Shown here: piece by piece, positions 19,140 through 28,439 of the stretch
Numbering within the stretch: position 1 is the first letter of the stretch
How the letters are laid out: every line of letters starts with the position of its first letter
From: Candidatus Magasanikiibacteriota bacterium
Lineage (GTDB): Bacteria; Patescibacteriota; Patescibacteriia; Magasanikbacterales; GWA2-37-8
Reading direction: 5' to 3'
DNA length: 64,000 nucleotides
Assembly (NCBI GenBank): GCA_041666745.1
Contig: JBAYGI010000003.1
Span: forward strand, 76,782 to 140,781
The notes under the pieces: model-generated
What the model saw: only the letters and a program-made list of their open reading frames with translations
Database searches by the model: none
What the model was told of the DNA's origin: nothing
Made by a program: the position numbers and the translations under genes

Positions 19140-20600
19140 TCATATTTCACTTTGATTAAAATAAGTGTTTAATTTAATTCTAATTGGATTAAAGAAAAAT
19201 ATTAAATCATCCCTGACTATAATACGTAAACGGAACAATAACCAAATATTTATCAAACATAATAATATTCCGAAATAATAATTATTCAGCTGACCGCCGT
19301 ATTTTAATCCAAAAAGTATTAACATATTAATAAAACTCACACACAAAATCTTAGCAAGAAATATTTTATCTTTTTCCCACACAGAAAAATGTTGTAATAA
19401 CAACAAATTAAATACTTCAGCGATCACAGTGGCCCAAGCCGCGCCATACAATGAATATCTTGGAATTAATATTAAATTAAGAATAATATTCAATATCAGA
19501 CCAAAACTAACAATAAACAGACTAAAATATTCTCGACGCTGAATAATTAATAAATTATTAAAAAGCAAACTAATAGTAGCCACTATTTGAACTAATATTA
19601 AAATACGCAGGGCCAAAACGCTGGGCATAAATGAAGCAGGAAAAAATATACTAATTATAGGAGGCGCGAAAAAAATAAAAAATAATGTTATTATCAAACT
19701 ATAAGAAAACATAATGCGCATCGCTCTGTAAAAAAAATCAGTGAATTGCTGACGCTTACTGACATCGTTCCACATAGAAGACAGGGCAGGAAAAATAGAT
19801 GGCATAAATAAAATTGCAGTAAACAAACCGGCAACTTCTAAAAATTTGTAGGCAGTACCATACCAACCAACCGCTTCAAAATTCCCCAAATACCGCAACA
19901 TCACAATATCAACCCTGGCATACAAGCTAGCAAAAAGAGTAATGAACAAAAATGGCAACCCTTTCTTAATCATGGCAAATATTTTTTTGCCATCAAAAAT
20001 TAATCTAAACTTAAATGGTAATGCAACTTTGAAATAATAAAATAAAGAAAATATTTGGCTAAGTAAAATAGCAAAAAACACCGTTTCTACTCGTGGCCAA
20101 AAAAATAATCCAACTGATCCGAGAATGATTATTACCACTTTCTCAAACACCTGTCTAATTGATGGGTATTTAAACAGACTAGCTGACTGGAAAAAAGCAT
20201 CCGCAAGATTGATATATGTTGCGAGAAAAGTTGAAACAAAAAAAGTAATCAAAGCCAATAATATCCTAAAATTGGAAAAATAATTAACAAAAAAGAATGG
20301 CACAAACAAAATCAAAACCGTAATAAGACGCAGAGTAAAAATCAAGAAAAAATCATCTTCAATCTGATTGAATGTCTTGGGACTCTTCGACCATTCTCTA
20401 TACAAATGCCCACTAGCGCCAAAATCCAAAAAAATAAACCACATTATCACGAATGAAGAGATAAAATTGTATTGACCCATGCCAACATCACCCAAAAGAT
20501 GCGACATTAAAACAAAAAAAACGAGACCTAGAATTCGCAAAAAAAACTGTGAAAATAGTGACCATGCAAAATTTTTCCCGGCTTGTAATTCATTGTCCAT
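19140..20600 (-). CDS. Polysaccharide biosynthesis / oligosaccharide flippase (Wzx-like, MOP superfamily)
   Basis: 486 aa with about 12-14 TM helices. N-terminal FAWSLFSQFFLRILGLVFFVLMSHLLG is typical of Wzx flippases. First gene of the glycan operon. Confidence 0.65.
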   Translation of the reverse strand: MDNELQAGKNFAWSLFSQFFLRILGLVFFVLMSHLLGDVGMGQYNFISSFVIMWFIFLDFGASGHLYREWSKSPKTFNQIEDDFFLIFTLRLITVLILFVPFFFVNYFSNFRILLALITFFVSTFLATYINLADAFFQSASLFKYPSIRQVFEKVVIIILGSVGLFFWPRVETVFFAILLSQIFSLFYYFKVALPFKFRLIFDGKKIFAMIKKGLPFLFITLFASLYARVDIVMLRYLGNFEAVGWYGTAYKFLEVAGLFTAILFMPSIFPALSSMWNDVSKRQQFTDFFYRAMRIMFSYSLIITLFFIFFAPPIISIFFPASFMPSVLALRILILVQIVATISLLFNNLLIIQRREYFSLFIVSFGLILNIILNLILIPRYSLYGAAWATVIAEVFNLLLLQHFSVWEKDKIFLAKILCVSFINMLILFGLKYGGQLNNYYFGILLCLINIWLLFRLRIIVRDDLIFFFNPIRIKLNTYFNQSEI

Positions 20601-20616
20601 AAAATCAAATTATACT

Positions 20617-20862
20617 TTACCAATCTTTGGTCTTCTCTATTGTTTTCATTTTTATCTTCTGATAAACATCGGTGGCTTTTTCATCAACAACCGGAGACAA
20701 CATTCTGAGTAACTCATGCCCCAGAATCCTGTACTGTTTACCAATTTTATTGGCTCTCAACAGGCCACTCTTGAATAAACGTTTCATGGTGCTGTTGCTT
20801 ATTTTCAACAATTGTTCGACCTCAGCGGTTGTATAAACTTCATTGGGGTTGATTTCGACCAT
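20617..20862 (-). CDS. Small helix-turn-helix DNA-binding protein, excisionase/AlpA-like (HTH_17-type)
   Basis: 81 aa. VYTTAEVEQLLKISNSTMKRLFKSGLLRANKIGKQYRILGHELLRML. Confidence 0.5.
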   Translation of the reverse strand: MVEINPNEVYTTAEVEQLLKISNSTMKRLFKSGLLRANKIGKQYRILGHELLRMLSPVVDEKATDVYQKIKMKTIEKTKDW

Positions 20863-20921
20863 ATTTTATAGCATAAGATTTCAGTCTTAATTATACTCTT
20901 AGGTGTCATTGGGTGTCAATA

Positions 20922-23012
20922 TCATTTTTTCTTAGCATTTAAAGCTGCAGCAGGCATAGAAATTTGGGCAAATACACTTTTATCTTGATCAGTCAAAACC
21001 GCATTATTCTTTGTGGCTAAGTCCAAAACTTCTTTCATCTTTTTTTCATCACCAGTCATTTTGTAGGTATAAGCTAACCTCCAATAACTTTCACCTATTC
21101 TAGGATTATCCAGAATGGTCTGTTCTAACATTTTTATCGCCTCAGCTGGTTTGTTTATTTGCAGCTTTATACCAGATAAACTATAAATAATCTGTTGTCT
21201 TTTTGGAGATTTTACTAGAGCATCTTCAAGTACACTTTCAGCTTTAACTAAATATATACTATTATTATTCATGGTCGCCTCCAATTGATACATCTGAGCC
21301 AAAGTCAACTGATTGCGAATATCCAAAGGATGTAATATTAAATTTTTTTCTAAATGATTAGAAACTACCGTTAACAACTCATTTGATTTGTCTTTTCCTA
21401 TTTTTTGCCAACCACTATTTAAAGATTGGACTACCGAACGACCAATATCACTACGAATATCATCAATATGAGGTGAAGTAAATTCTAACGCTTCTTTCGC
21501 TACCGGTAAACCGGCTATAGGGTCAGTCATTAAAGCACGAATGGCATTTAGAGTTTTTTGATTAGCTCGCGCCGGTTGGATATTAAAAATAAAAATCAAC
21601 AAAAAACATAACAACCCACAACTGGTTAAAACTCCATTACCGATTTTTTTATCTAGTGTTTGGGGTGGTACCGTCTGGATTCCCGCTTTCGCGAGAATAG
21701 CAGTGTTTGGATTCCCGCTTTCGCGAGAATGACAAGCTATAGAGCTGATTAATGATAGCCAAAAAAATAAATAAACATAGGAAGTCGGATCTTCAAAAAC
21801 AGTAATTACACCAACAAAATGCGCTGCTATAAAAGCTCCACCAATTATCATAAAATGACAATCGATTGTTTTTTTACGATAAGATGATATCAACCCAATA
21901 ATCGCTACTGCAAAGACACCCAGATAAACCAACAATCCAAAAGCACCCTGAACAGCCATAGTATTTACCACAATATTGTGAGCGTTATCAAACCAAGTTT
22001 CACCATAACCAAAATCCAACGATTTTGGATTATAATGCTCATTAAAAGCGTAGAAATAATTATTTGGCCCCCAACCAAAAATTGGTTTTTCTTTCCAGCT
22101 TTCTATGGCAATTTGCCAAGCGACCCATCTAGGACTTGCCTGTACATCACCAAGAGATGTATTGACCGCTCGACCAACTGCTGGGATATTTTTTACAAAA
22201 GATGTTTGTTTAAAAGCATAGAGCAGAGAAATAGCTACTATTCCTAATATGGTTACAGCCAATAAGCTATAACGTATTTTAGGATATTTTTTTAACACCA
22301 CAATATACCCTATCAGTGCAAAAGCCATTCCAGCCACTAAACCCAACATCGTGCCTCGATTGGCACTCCAAAACATCCCCATAAAACCAAAAAAACCCAC
22401 CGCACCGTAAAACCATTTCCACAAAGTATTTTTTTCACGAGTAAATAACAATATTGACAAAAACATCAAAAACAATCCGTAACCACCAACATAAATTGGG
22501 TTTCCTAATGTACTACTCACACGCGTTGATCCCTGATTCAGCAATAGATCAGGCATCTGAGTTTGTAGCCAAGCAATAAACATCACCAAAAATCCACCAA
22601 CTAAAAATATTCTACCGGCCCATTTCCAATCCTTCCAATCTTTTAAAACACCGGCACATACGAAATAAAACGAAACATAATGCAACAGAGTAAACAACCC
22701 CAACATGCGTTCATGATTATCCCAAAAACTATGGTAAACATCAGTACCAACAAAAGTAGACACTGCAAAACTTAATAAAAATAAAAATACCGCAATATTT
22801 AAATAATTAAATTTTGGTTTGTATTGTTGCCAATTAATAGCTAACAACAACACATATAGTACTACTATAATTTCCACCAACGAACGAAAGAAAATAATCT
22901 TTGGGACGATAAACGGAAAAATATATGAACTCGGAAACACTAATAGGGGCACGAAAAATACTGCGTAAATAAGCCATTTTATCACCTGTTCGATTTTTTG
23001 TTTCATAAACAT
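20922..23012 (-). CDS. O-antigen-ligase/polymerase-like (Wzy_C-type) polytopic membrane protein with a C-terminal TPR-repeat domain
   Basis: 696 aa. An N-terminal ~420 aa with about 10-12 TM helices includes the loop WDNHERMLGLFTL. An extra TM follows, then a C-terminal soluble TPR-like region (LAYTYKMTGDEKKMKEVLDLA). Confidence 0.55.
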   Translation of the reverse strand: MFMKQKIEQVIKWLIYAVFFVPLLVFPSSYIFPFIVPKIIFFRSLVEIIVVLYVLLLAINWQQYKPKFNYLNIAVFLFLLSFAVSTFVGTDVYHSFWDNHERMLGLFTLLHYVSFYFVCAGVLKDWKDWKWAGRIFLVGGFLVMFIAWLQTQMPDLLLNQGSTRVSSTLGNPIYVGGYGLFLMFLSILLFTREKNTLWKWFYGAVGFFGFMGMFWSANRGTMLGLVAGMAFALIGYIVVLKKYPKIRYSLLAVTILGIVAISLLYAFKQTSFVKNIPAVGRAVNTSLGDVQASPRWVAWQIAIESWKEKPIFGWGPNNYFYAFNEHYNPKSLDFGYGETWFDNAHNIVVNTMAVQGAFGLLVYLGVFAVAIIGLISSYRKKTIDCHFMIIGGAFIAAHFVGVITVFEDPTSYVYLFFWLSLISSIACHSRESGNPNTAILAKAGIQTVPPQTLDKKIGNGVLTSCGLLCFLLIFIFNIQPARANQKTLNAIRALMTDPIAGLPVAKEALEFTSPHIDDIRSDIGRSVVQSLNSGWQKIGKDKSNELLTVVSNHLEKNLILHPLDIRNQLTLAQMYQLEATMNNNSIYLVKAESVLEDALVKSPKRQQIIYSLSGIKLQINKPAEAIKMLEQTILDNPRIGESYWRLAYTYKMTGDEKKMKEVLDLATKNNAVLTDQDKSVFAQISMPAAALNAKKK
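21677..21730. repeat. Two tandem copies (32-bp period) of the imperfect hairpin unit GGATTCCCGCTTTCGCGAGAAT inside the ligase-like CDS; related to the hairpin at 45831-45850
   Basis: Read directly: 21677-21698 and 21709-21730 are identical 22-mers. The stem is attcccgc/gcgagaat and the loop is tttc. Confidence 0.6.
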
Positions 23013-23087
23013 AATTTATAATAAAATAAAATTTTATACTTATAAATTATACTATCTTCATCCAAAAAGGTCAATAAACAAATACAA

Positions 23088-23114
23088 AAACCCACCCCCT
23101 GAGAGGGTGGGTTT
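23088..23114 (-). terminator. Rho-independent terminator of the 1239-aa surface-protein gene
   Basis: AAACCCACCC-ccugaga-GGGUGGGUUU 10-bp stem, followed on the minus strand by a T-rich tract (ttgtatttgttt). Confidence 0.65.
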
Positions 23115-23154
23115 AAGTTTGCGATTTTTAGTCGCGACAATTCTTAACTAAAGA

Positions 23155-26100
23155 TTAGTTAGCAATTGTTACACCAGTAACTGTGGTGACACCAGGGATA
23201 CGTAGAGCATATTTAGGAGTAGCACTATTACTACCACTATCTGTACCATCTGCGTCTGTCCATGTGACAGCAGCACCAGCAGCATCGTTTGATTCTGAAG
23301 TGCCGTCCAATCCAACCATACTAACAGTAACTGCAGAATCACCAGCGATAGTAGCAGTAAAGGTTGGAACAACTTTTACTAAGAAGTATGCGGTAACTGC
23401 ATTACTAGAATTTGGAGTAATCTTATAGTCTGTTCCATATAAACTACCAAAGGTCATATAACCTGGGGTACCTGGAGTATATGCAGAAGTACTGGTAGCG
23501 ACCGCGGAACCACCAATTCTTTCTAGTGTAGCGGTTAAGTCAGTAATCCTTGAACTGGTTGCAACTTGAAACTTCATGTTACTGATCGCAAACTTAAGCG
23601 CAGAACCGTCAGAATTTGTATTACCAGTTGCTGGTAATGTAATTGCAACGATAGCAGCGTTTGTACTTTGACCACTATACAATTTGGTAGCAAGAGCGGT
23701 AGAACCGTAAGAAGTTGGTAGCGACACAGAACCAATCTTAGTGGCAACTATACCAGCAACCTTAGAAACAGCTGTTTGATTTACAGTACCTACTTCATAG
23801 CCAATAGTACCAGCATCATTGCTTGTGCCATAAACTAGAGTATAACCAGAGCTTATACCTTCAGCTGTAGCAGCAGCAGCTCTCCAAGTAGCAGTCTTAT
23901 TCAACAAACCAGCCTTATCTTGACCGATTGGTAAATAATTTACTTTCAATGTGTAATATTTTTGACCAGAAACTGTGAAATCTTGATCCAATGTAGATGT
24001 AGTAGCACCAACTTGAGTAGTATAAGCTACTTCAGTGTCACCGTCATACAATGAAACGCGAGAAACAGATCCGGACATATCAGCACTTGAAACAATTTTT
24101 AACTGAGTTACTTTGACATCTTCGTTACCAGCTTTAAATTTAAAGGTAGCAACTGGAACGCCATTTGTACCAGCCAAATTGTATGTATCGTATTTGGTAG
24201 CATCAATAGTGTTATCTACTGCGATATCCAAATATCCGTAACCACGAATGGTCACTGTGCGAGCAGAAGTGAAAGCACTAGTAACAACAACGCCATTTGA
24301 ATCACCATCGATAGCAGTATCGTACACAGCTGTACTCTTTAGAGTTTCTTCAGCTCCATAATTACTTAGTTCCCATTGCATGGATTTATTATTCTGATTT
24401 ACATCATTTACAAGAGAAGTAACTAACTTATAGCTAGCTGTTTGATCAGCTTTAATCAATTCACTCAAATCGTTAAAGGAAATCTTGTAAGTTGCCAAAT
24501 CATTTGCAGAAACAGTCTTTATTAGGTCAGTGCCTTTATAAAGTTTGAACTGAGAAACAACAGATTTAGTAGATGTGGACAGAGCATCACGGAATTCCAA
24601 AGATGTTACTTTCACATCAGAAGCAGTACTAGCTTTGATGTTGAAGTTCAATACTTCCACATCTTGAGTACCTACAACAGCGTTGTAAGCAGCTGATAAA
24701 GCATTCTTGGAGAAAGACAATGAAGAAGTTTCAACAGAAACTTTGTTCAAAGATACAGAGTTTGGAGTGATGTCTGTAACCGTTGTGTCGTTACCAGTCT
24801 CTTTCAAGACCATATCGCCACCGGCGGCATCAGCTATAGAAACAGTGTAATCGCCAGTAGTAGCTGTGGATTTGGTGTCGCAGCGAACTACAAATTCATA
24901 TGTAGTACCACTGGTCAATACCAAGCCCATGCTTGCATTCTTGTAAACACCATTACCGGTAGATGATGTGAGATCATATACAGTATTGGTATTTTTTAGA
25001 TATACTTGGAAGTTCTCAATTTGAGAACCAGCAGGATCGTTTGTTGAAGCAACAGTCAATTTCAAAGTAGAAAGTTCAGTAGTTTTACCACTGTTTACAG
25101 TAATTTTGAAAGTACCTAATTCAACATTAGTTTGACTTTTGTTCAATTTAGTAACAGTAGCATTTACTTTTACGATAGATACTGCACCAGCAAGGATTCG
25201 TAATGTATCACCTGTAAATGTACCGGCCATTTTAACTGGGAATTTGTAATAATTTCCAGTTGCAACTAAGTCGGCGTTGTTATCAAGTATCAAGTTTAAG
25301 TCCTTGCCAGCACCGGAAACAGCGTCAGCTTTCACTGTGAAACTCTTTGTAGCATTCTTCACGATTGTTACAGGAGTAGTCAGGTTGAAAGTAACGTAAC
25401 GATTTGTCATAGCAGCTGCGGTAGCTACTACAGCGCCATCAACAGACAATGTATAATTTACATAATCTGTATCAGCAATAGTACTATTTGTACTATCCTT
25501 TTTCAACATGATGGAGTTGAGAGTTACGTCTTCGTAGTTATTGTTAGCTAATTTCAGTTTAGCAACAGTTCCTTGAACATCACCAAGTTTAACATCGGCC
25601 AAAGTGCCGTTGGTAGAAATGGTAAGAGTAGCTGTGTTTACAGTAGAACCTGTTTGTTCATTACCAACGATTGGGAAAGAACCACCAACAGATACATTTG
25701 CAGTGACATCAGCAGCAGCATTCAAAGACAATGCATAGTGACTTACCATAGCATCAAGAATAGTAGCTTTTACTACTACAGTCTCTGTTGTACCTTTCTT
25801 AACTACCAAAGGAGTAGTGAAGTTGATCTGAGCAACTTTGTTTGAATCTACATCACGAGATGTGCCGTAGCGTACACCTTTGTTCAAGATGGTAACAGCA
25901 TCAATATCAGTATAAGTACCCAAACCGGCAGCGCTCAATTTGATACCGGTAACATTGACATCATTGTCGTTACTAGCAGCCAAATTTAGAATCAAAAATT
26001 CTACAGATGTGTTATTTGGTACATTTCTAGCAACTGGAGTAGTCGCAGCCAAAGAAACAGTCAAAGCGCCTGCAACAATAGCTGGTCCAGTTGTAGTTAC

Positions 26101-26874
26101 TACCGGGCCCGCAGCACCCTGTGTGCGATCAACCAAAGTAGCTACAGCAGCTTCAACCTTAGTACCAACGGTATAACCGGTAGTAGCGGCCAAAGTCTGA
26201 GCAAACTTAGTTTGGAAGCGATTTGCTGTCAAACCAGTAGCTGTTACTTCTTGTAAAGCTTTGTTTGCACCTACTACATAGTAAGTAGTACCAACTTTTA
26301 CCAAAGCGCCTTCCAAAGGTTCATTTACAGTCACTTTGGCAGGAACGGTAGTTGGTTGTAATTGGGAATAGAAAGTCCAAGATGGATCATCCATAGTAAT
26401 GGTGAAACCACCTTTGGCTGGCATCTTGGCATAGTTTGCACCATATAGAGCTTTGGCAACTTCAGCAGAAACTTCTACTAATTTGTTGCCTGGCAATACG
26501 GCGTATACATTGTCAGTAGCCTGTTGTTTTACCAAGTAAGTACCTGGGCGAGGTAAAATGGCAGTAGCAGACTTCAAAGAAGTCATACAAGCTTGATTGA
26601 TAGTCTTGTATGAATATTTGTTGTCGCCAGTCCATGATTTGAAGATATCACCTTGTGGGAAGTAAGATTTTGTCTTGTCAGCATTTACAGCATAGATTAC
26701 TGGGGAAACAGTAGTCTTCACCAAATCTCCAGCAACCAAAGTGGCGCAATCAGTCTCAGTAGCAGCATTAGCTACGGCTGGTACCAATGCGGCAACACCT
26801 AGGGACCAGAAGATAGTAGTGGCTACAACGCCAACGGTAAAAATCTTCTTACCTAATTTTAATAAATTGTTCAT
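23155..26874 (-). CDS. Large secreted Thr/Val/Ala/Ser-rich cell-surface protein (S-layer/adhesin-like, predicted beta-rich repeats)
   Basis: 1239 aa. The N-terminal signal peptide MNNLLKLGKKIFTVGVVATTIFWSLGVAALVPAVANA is followed by a low-complexity T/V/A/S/G-rich sequence throughout. No enzymatic motif recognised. Confidence 0.55.
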   Translation of the reverse strand: MNNLLKLGKKIFTVGVVATTIFWSLGVAALVPAVANAATETDCATLVAGDLVKTTVSPVIYAVNADKTKSYFPQGDIFKSWTGDNKYSYKTINQACMTSLKSATAILPRPGTYLVKQQATDNVYAVLPGNKLVEVSAEVAKALYGANYAKMPAKGGFTITMDDPSWTFYSQLQPTTVPAKVTVNEPLEGALVKVGTTYYVVGANKALQEVTATGLTANRFQTKFAQTLAATTGYTVGTKVEAAVATLVDRTQGAAGPVVTTTGPAIVAGALTVSLAATTPVARNVPNNTSVEFLILNLAASNDNDVNVTGIKLSAAGLGTYTDIDAVTILNKGVRYGTSRDVDSNKVAQINFTTPLVVKKGTTETVVVKATILDAMVSHYALSLNAAADVTANVSVGGSFPIVGNEQTGSTVNTATLTISTNGTLADVKLGDVQGTVAKLKLANNNYEDVTLNSIMLKKDSTNSTIADTDYVNYTLSVDGAVVATAAAMTNRYVTFNLTTPVTIVKNATKSFTVKADAVSGAGKDLNLILDNNADLVATGNYYKFPVKMAGTFTGDTLRILAGAVSIVKVNATVTKLNKSQTNVELGTFKITVNSGKTTELSTLKLTVASTNDPAGSQIENFQVYLKNTNTVYDLTSSTGNGVYKNASMGLVLTSGTTYEFVVRCDTKSTATTGDYTVSIADAAGGDMVLKETGNDTTVTDITPNSVSLNKVSVETSSLSFSKNALSAAYNAVVGTQDVEVLNFNIKASTASDVKVTSLEFRDALSTSTKSVVSQFKLYKGTDLIKTVSANDLATYKISFNDLSELIKADQTASYKLVTSLVNDVNQNNKSMQWELSNYGAEETLKSTAVYDTAIDGDSNGVVVTSAFTSARTVTIRGYGYLDIAVDNTIDATKYDTYNLAGTNGVPVATFKFKAGNEDVKVTQLKIVSSADMSGSVSRVSLYDGDTEVAYTTQVGATTSTLDQDFTVSGQKYYTLKVNYLPIGQDKAGLLNKTATWRAAAATAEGISSGYTLVYGTSNDAGTIGYEVGTVNQTAVSKVAGIVATKIGSVSLPTSYGSTALATKLYSGQSTNAAIVAITLPATGNTNSDGSALKFAISNMKFQVATSSRITDLTATLERIGGSAVATSTSAYTPGTPGYMTFGSLYGTDYKITPNSSNAVTAYFLVKVVPTFTATIAGDSAVTVSMVGLDGTSESNDAAGAAVTWTDADGTDSGSNSATPKYALRIPGVTTVTGVTIAN

Positions 26875-27108
26875 AGTTATAGTTAATATATCTCATTGTT
26901 TTGCGCGCGTCATATAAATACAACGGTCAAACGCAATGAAATTTGTATTCCGACTCATCTACCGAAAGGCAAATTGAATCGAAATACGTACAAAAGTTTT
27001 GCAAGTTCATATTGAACCCTCGACCTAAGGCAAAACTGTATTTAATTTTTTCTCTCTCCGGGAATAATAACGTCACTAGGCGACACAATCATTCCCCGAA
27101 AAAGAAAC

Positions 27109-28434
27109 TTATTTTATTTTTGGTTTAATATCTGAAACATTTGGAACTATCACTTTCAAAGCAGGCACTGTGGTGGATGTGGCCGGAACTATAATTACTT
27201 TGATATCTTTTACATCTACAGCGTCTTTTTTGAGATCAGTAGCCGCAATAATTGGAGCTACCGGCACCAACTTTTGAACATCGTTTACCATTTGATCAGA
27301 AATTTTTTCTGCTTCTTTGGTGGCGGTGTTGGCCTCTTTTACTTTTTCCATTACTTTTGTGAGGTCGCCTTTGCTGAGTGCATCTACCGCTTCAGTGACT
27401 TTCTTGTCTACATTATCTGTCACGGTTTTGTTTTGCGCGGCGGCATCATTGGTAACACTGGCCACTTCGGAAATTTTCAAATTGAGAGCAACAGTCGAGG
27501 TAGCGCTAGTCGCCGGTTTGGTGGCCAAATCTTTGGCTTCGATTTTGGCGGCAGTGACTACTGCTTGAACACCCGCTACGCTTTGTTTGGACTGTTGCGC
27601 GTCTGTGGTAGCTGATTGGAGAGTATTGTTGATCTCTTGTTTCACTTCTTCTACCGATACTGTCTTATCCCCTTCCAGATGTTTGGTAACAATCACTTCT
27701 ACCGCTTTTACCGAAACATCCTTGGCCAAATCCTTGGCTTCATTGATAGCGATAGCATTTTCTTTGGTGGAGCTGGTGTCATTGATATTGGAAGTGGTGA
27801 GCAATGTCGCCTTTACTTCTTCTAGGGTATTTTTTACCTGTTCAGTGTCTTGTTTGACATCTTTTACTACATCAGCTGATACCGCATTGTTTGCCGATGC
27901 AATTTTTATTTCTTCCAAATTTTGGTTAACATTGGCTATTTCATTTTTTAAATCTTGGATGGATTCTTTTACTTTTTCTTGTTTTTGAGGATCTTTGCTG
28001 GCTACCAATTGTTTGGTTTCCGAAGCGCGACGTTTGGCAAATTCAGAATGTAAAATGGTTTCACTTTTTTTCGATCCGATCATACCGGCGACAGTCACCT
28101 GAGTTTTTTCACTGGCGCGTTTGGCTGGATACAAAAAGTCACCTGGCAAAGCATTGTAGGAGGCGTCCACACTGGCTACCCAACCGCTAGTCGCTACTAT
28201 AGATACTACCAATAGGACAGCAATCGGACGAACTACATTGAATACCAAAGCGCGTGGCACAAACAATGACATGGTGTTCCAGATGCTATCGAAGTTTAAT
28301 TTTTGGACTTCCGGAGTAACGGTGTTTTTTATTTGGGATAGCAAAAGCGCGCGGTTGTTTTCCAACCACTCTTGTCGAGGTTTCACTTCCCCGTGCTTGA
28401 GCTGTTTAAGTTTTGCAATTAAATCTTGCGACAT
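27109..28434 (-). CDS. Membrane-anchored putative anti-sigma-factor-like protein (DUF5667-like)
   Basis: 441 aa. A cytoplasmic N-terminus and one TM (PIAVLLVVSIVATSGWVA) are followed by the motif ALPGDFLYPAKRASE and a long A/K/E/T/V-rich extracytoplasmic tail. It lies 5 nt downstream of the ECF sigma gene. Confidence 0.45.
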   Translation of the reverse strand: MSQDLIAKLKQLKHGEVKPRQEWLENNRALLLSQIKNTVTPEVQKLNFDSIWNTMSLFVPRALVFNVVRPIAVLLVVSIVATSGWVASVDASYNALPGDFLYPAKRASEKTQVTVAGMIGSKKSETILHSEFAKRRASETKQLVASKDPQKQEKVKESIQDLKNEIANVNQNLEEIKIASANNAVSADVVKDVKQDTEQVKNTLEEVKATLLTTSNINDTSSTKENAIAINEAKDLAKDVSVKAVEVIVTKHLEGDKTVSVEEVKQEINNTLQSATTDAQQSKQSVAGVQAVVTAAKIEAKDLATKPATSATSTVALNLKISEVASVTNDAAAQNKTVTDNVDKKVTEAVDALSKGDLTKVMEKVKEANTATKEAEKISDQMVNDVQKLVPVAPIIAATDLKKDAVDVKDIKVIIVPATSTTVPALKVIVPNVSDIKPKIK

Positions 28435-28439
28435 ATAAC

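Noticed and set aside
21677-21730. CRISPR array
   Set aside because: There are only two identical 22-bp units with a 10-bp spacer, inside a CDS, and no cas genes in the window. No other regularly spaced direct-repeat array was seen.
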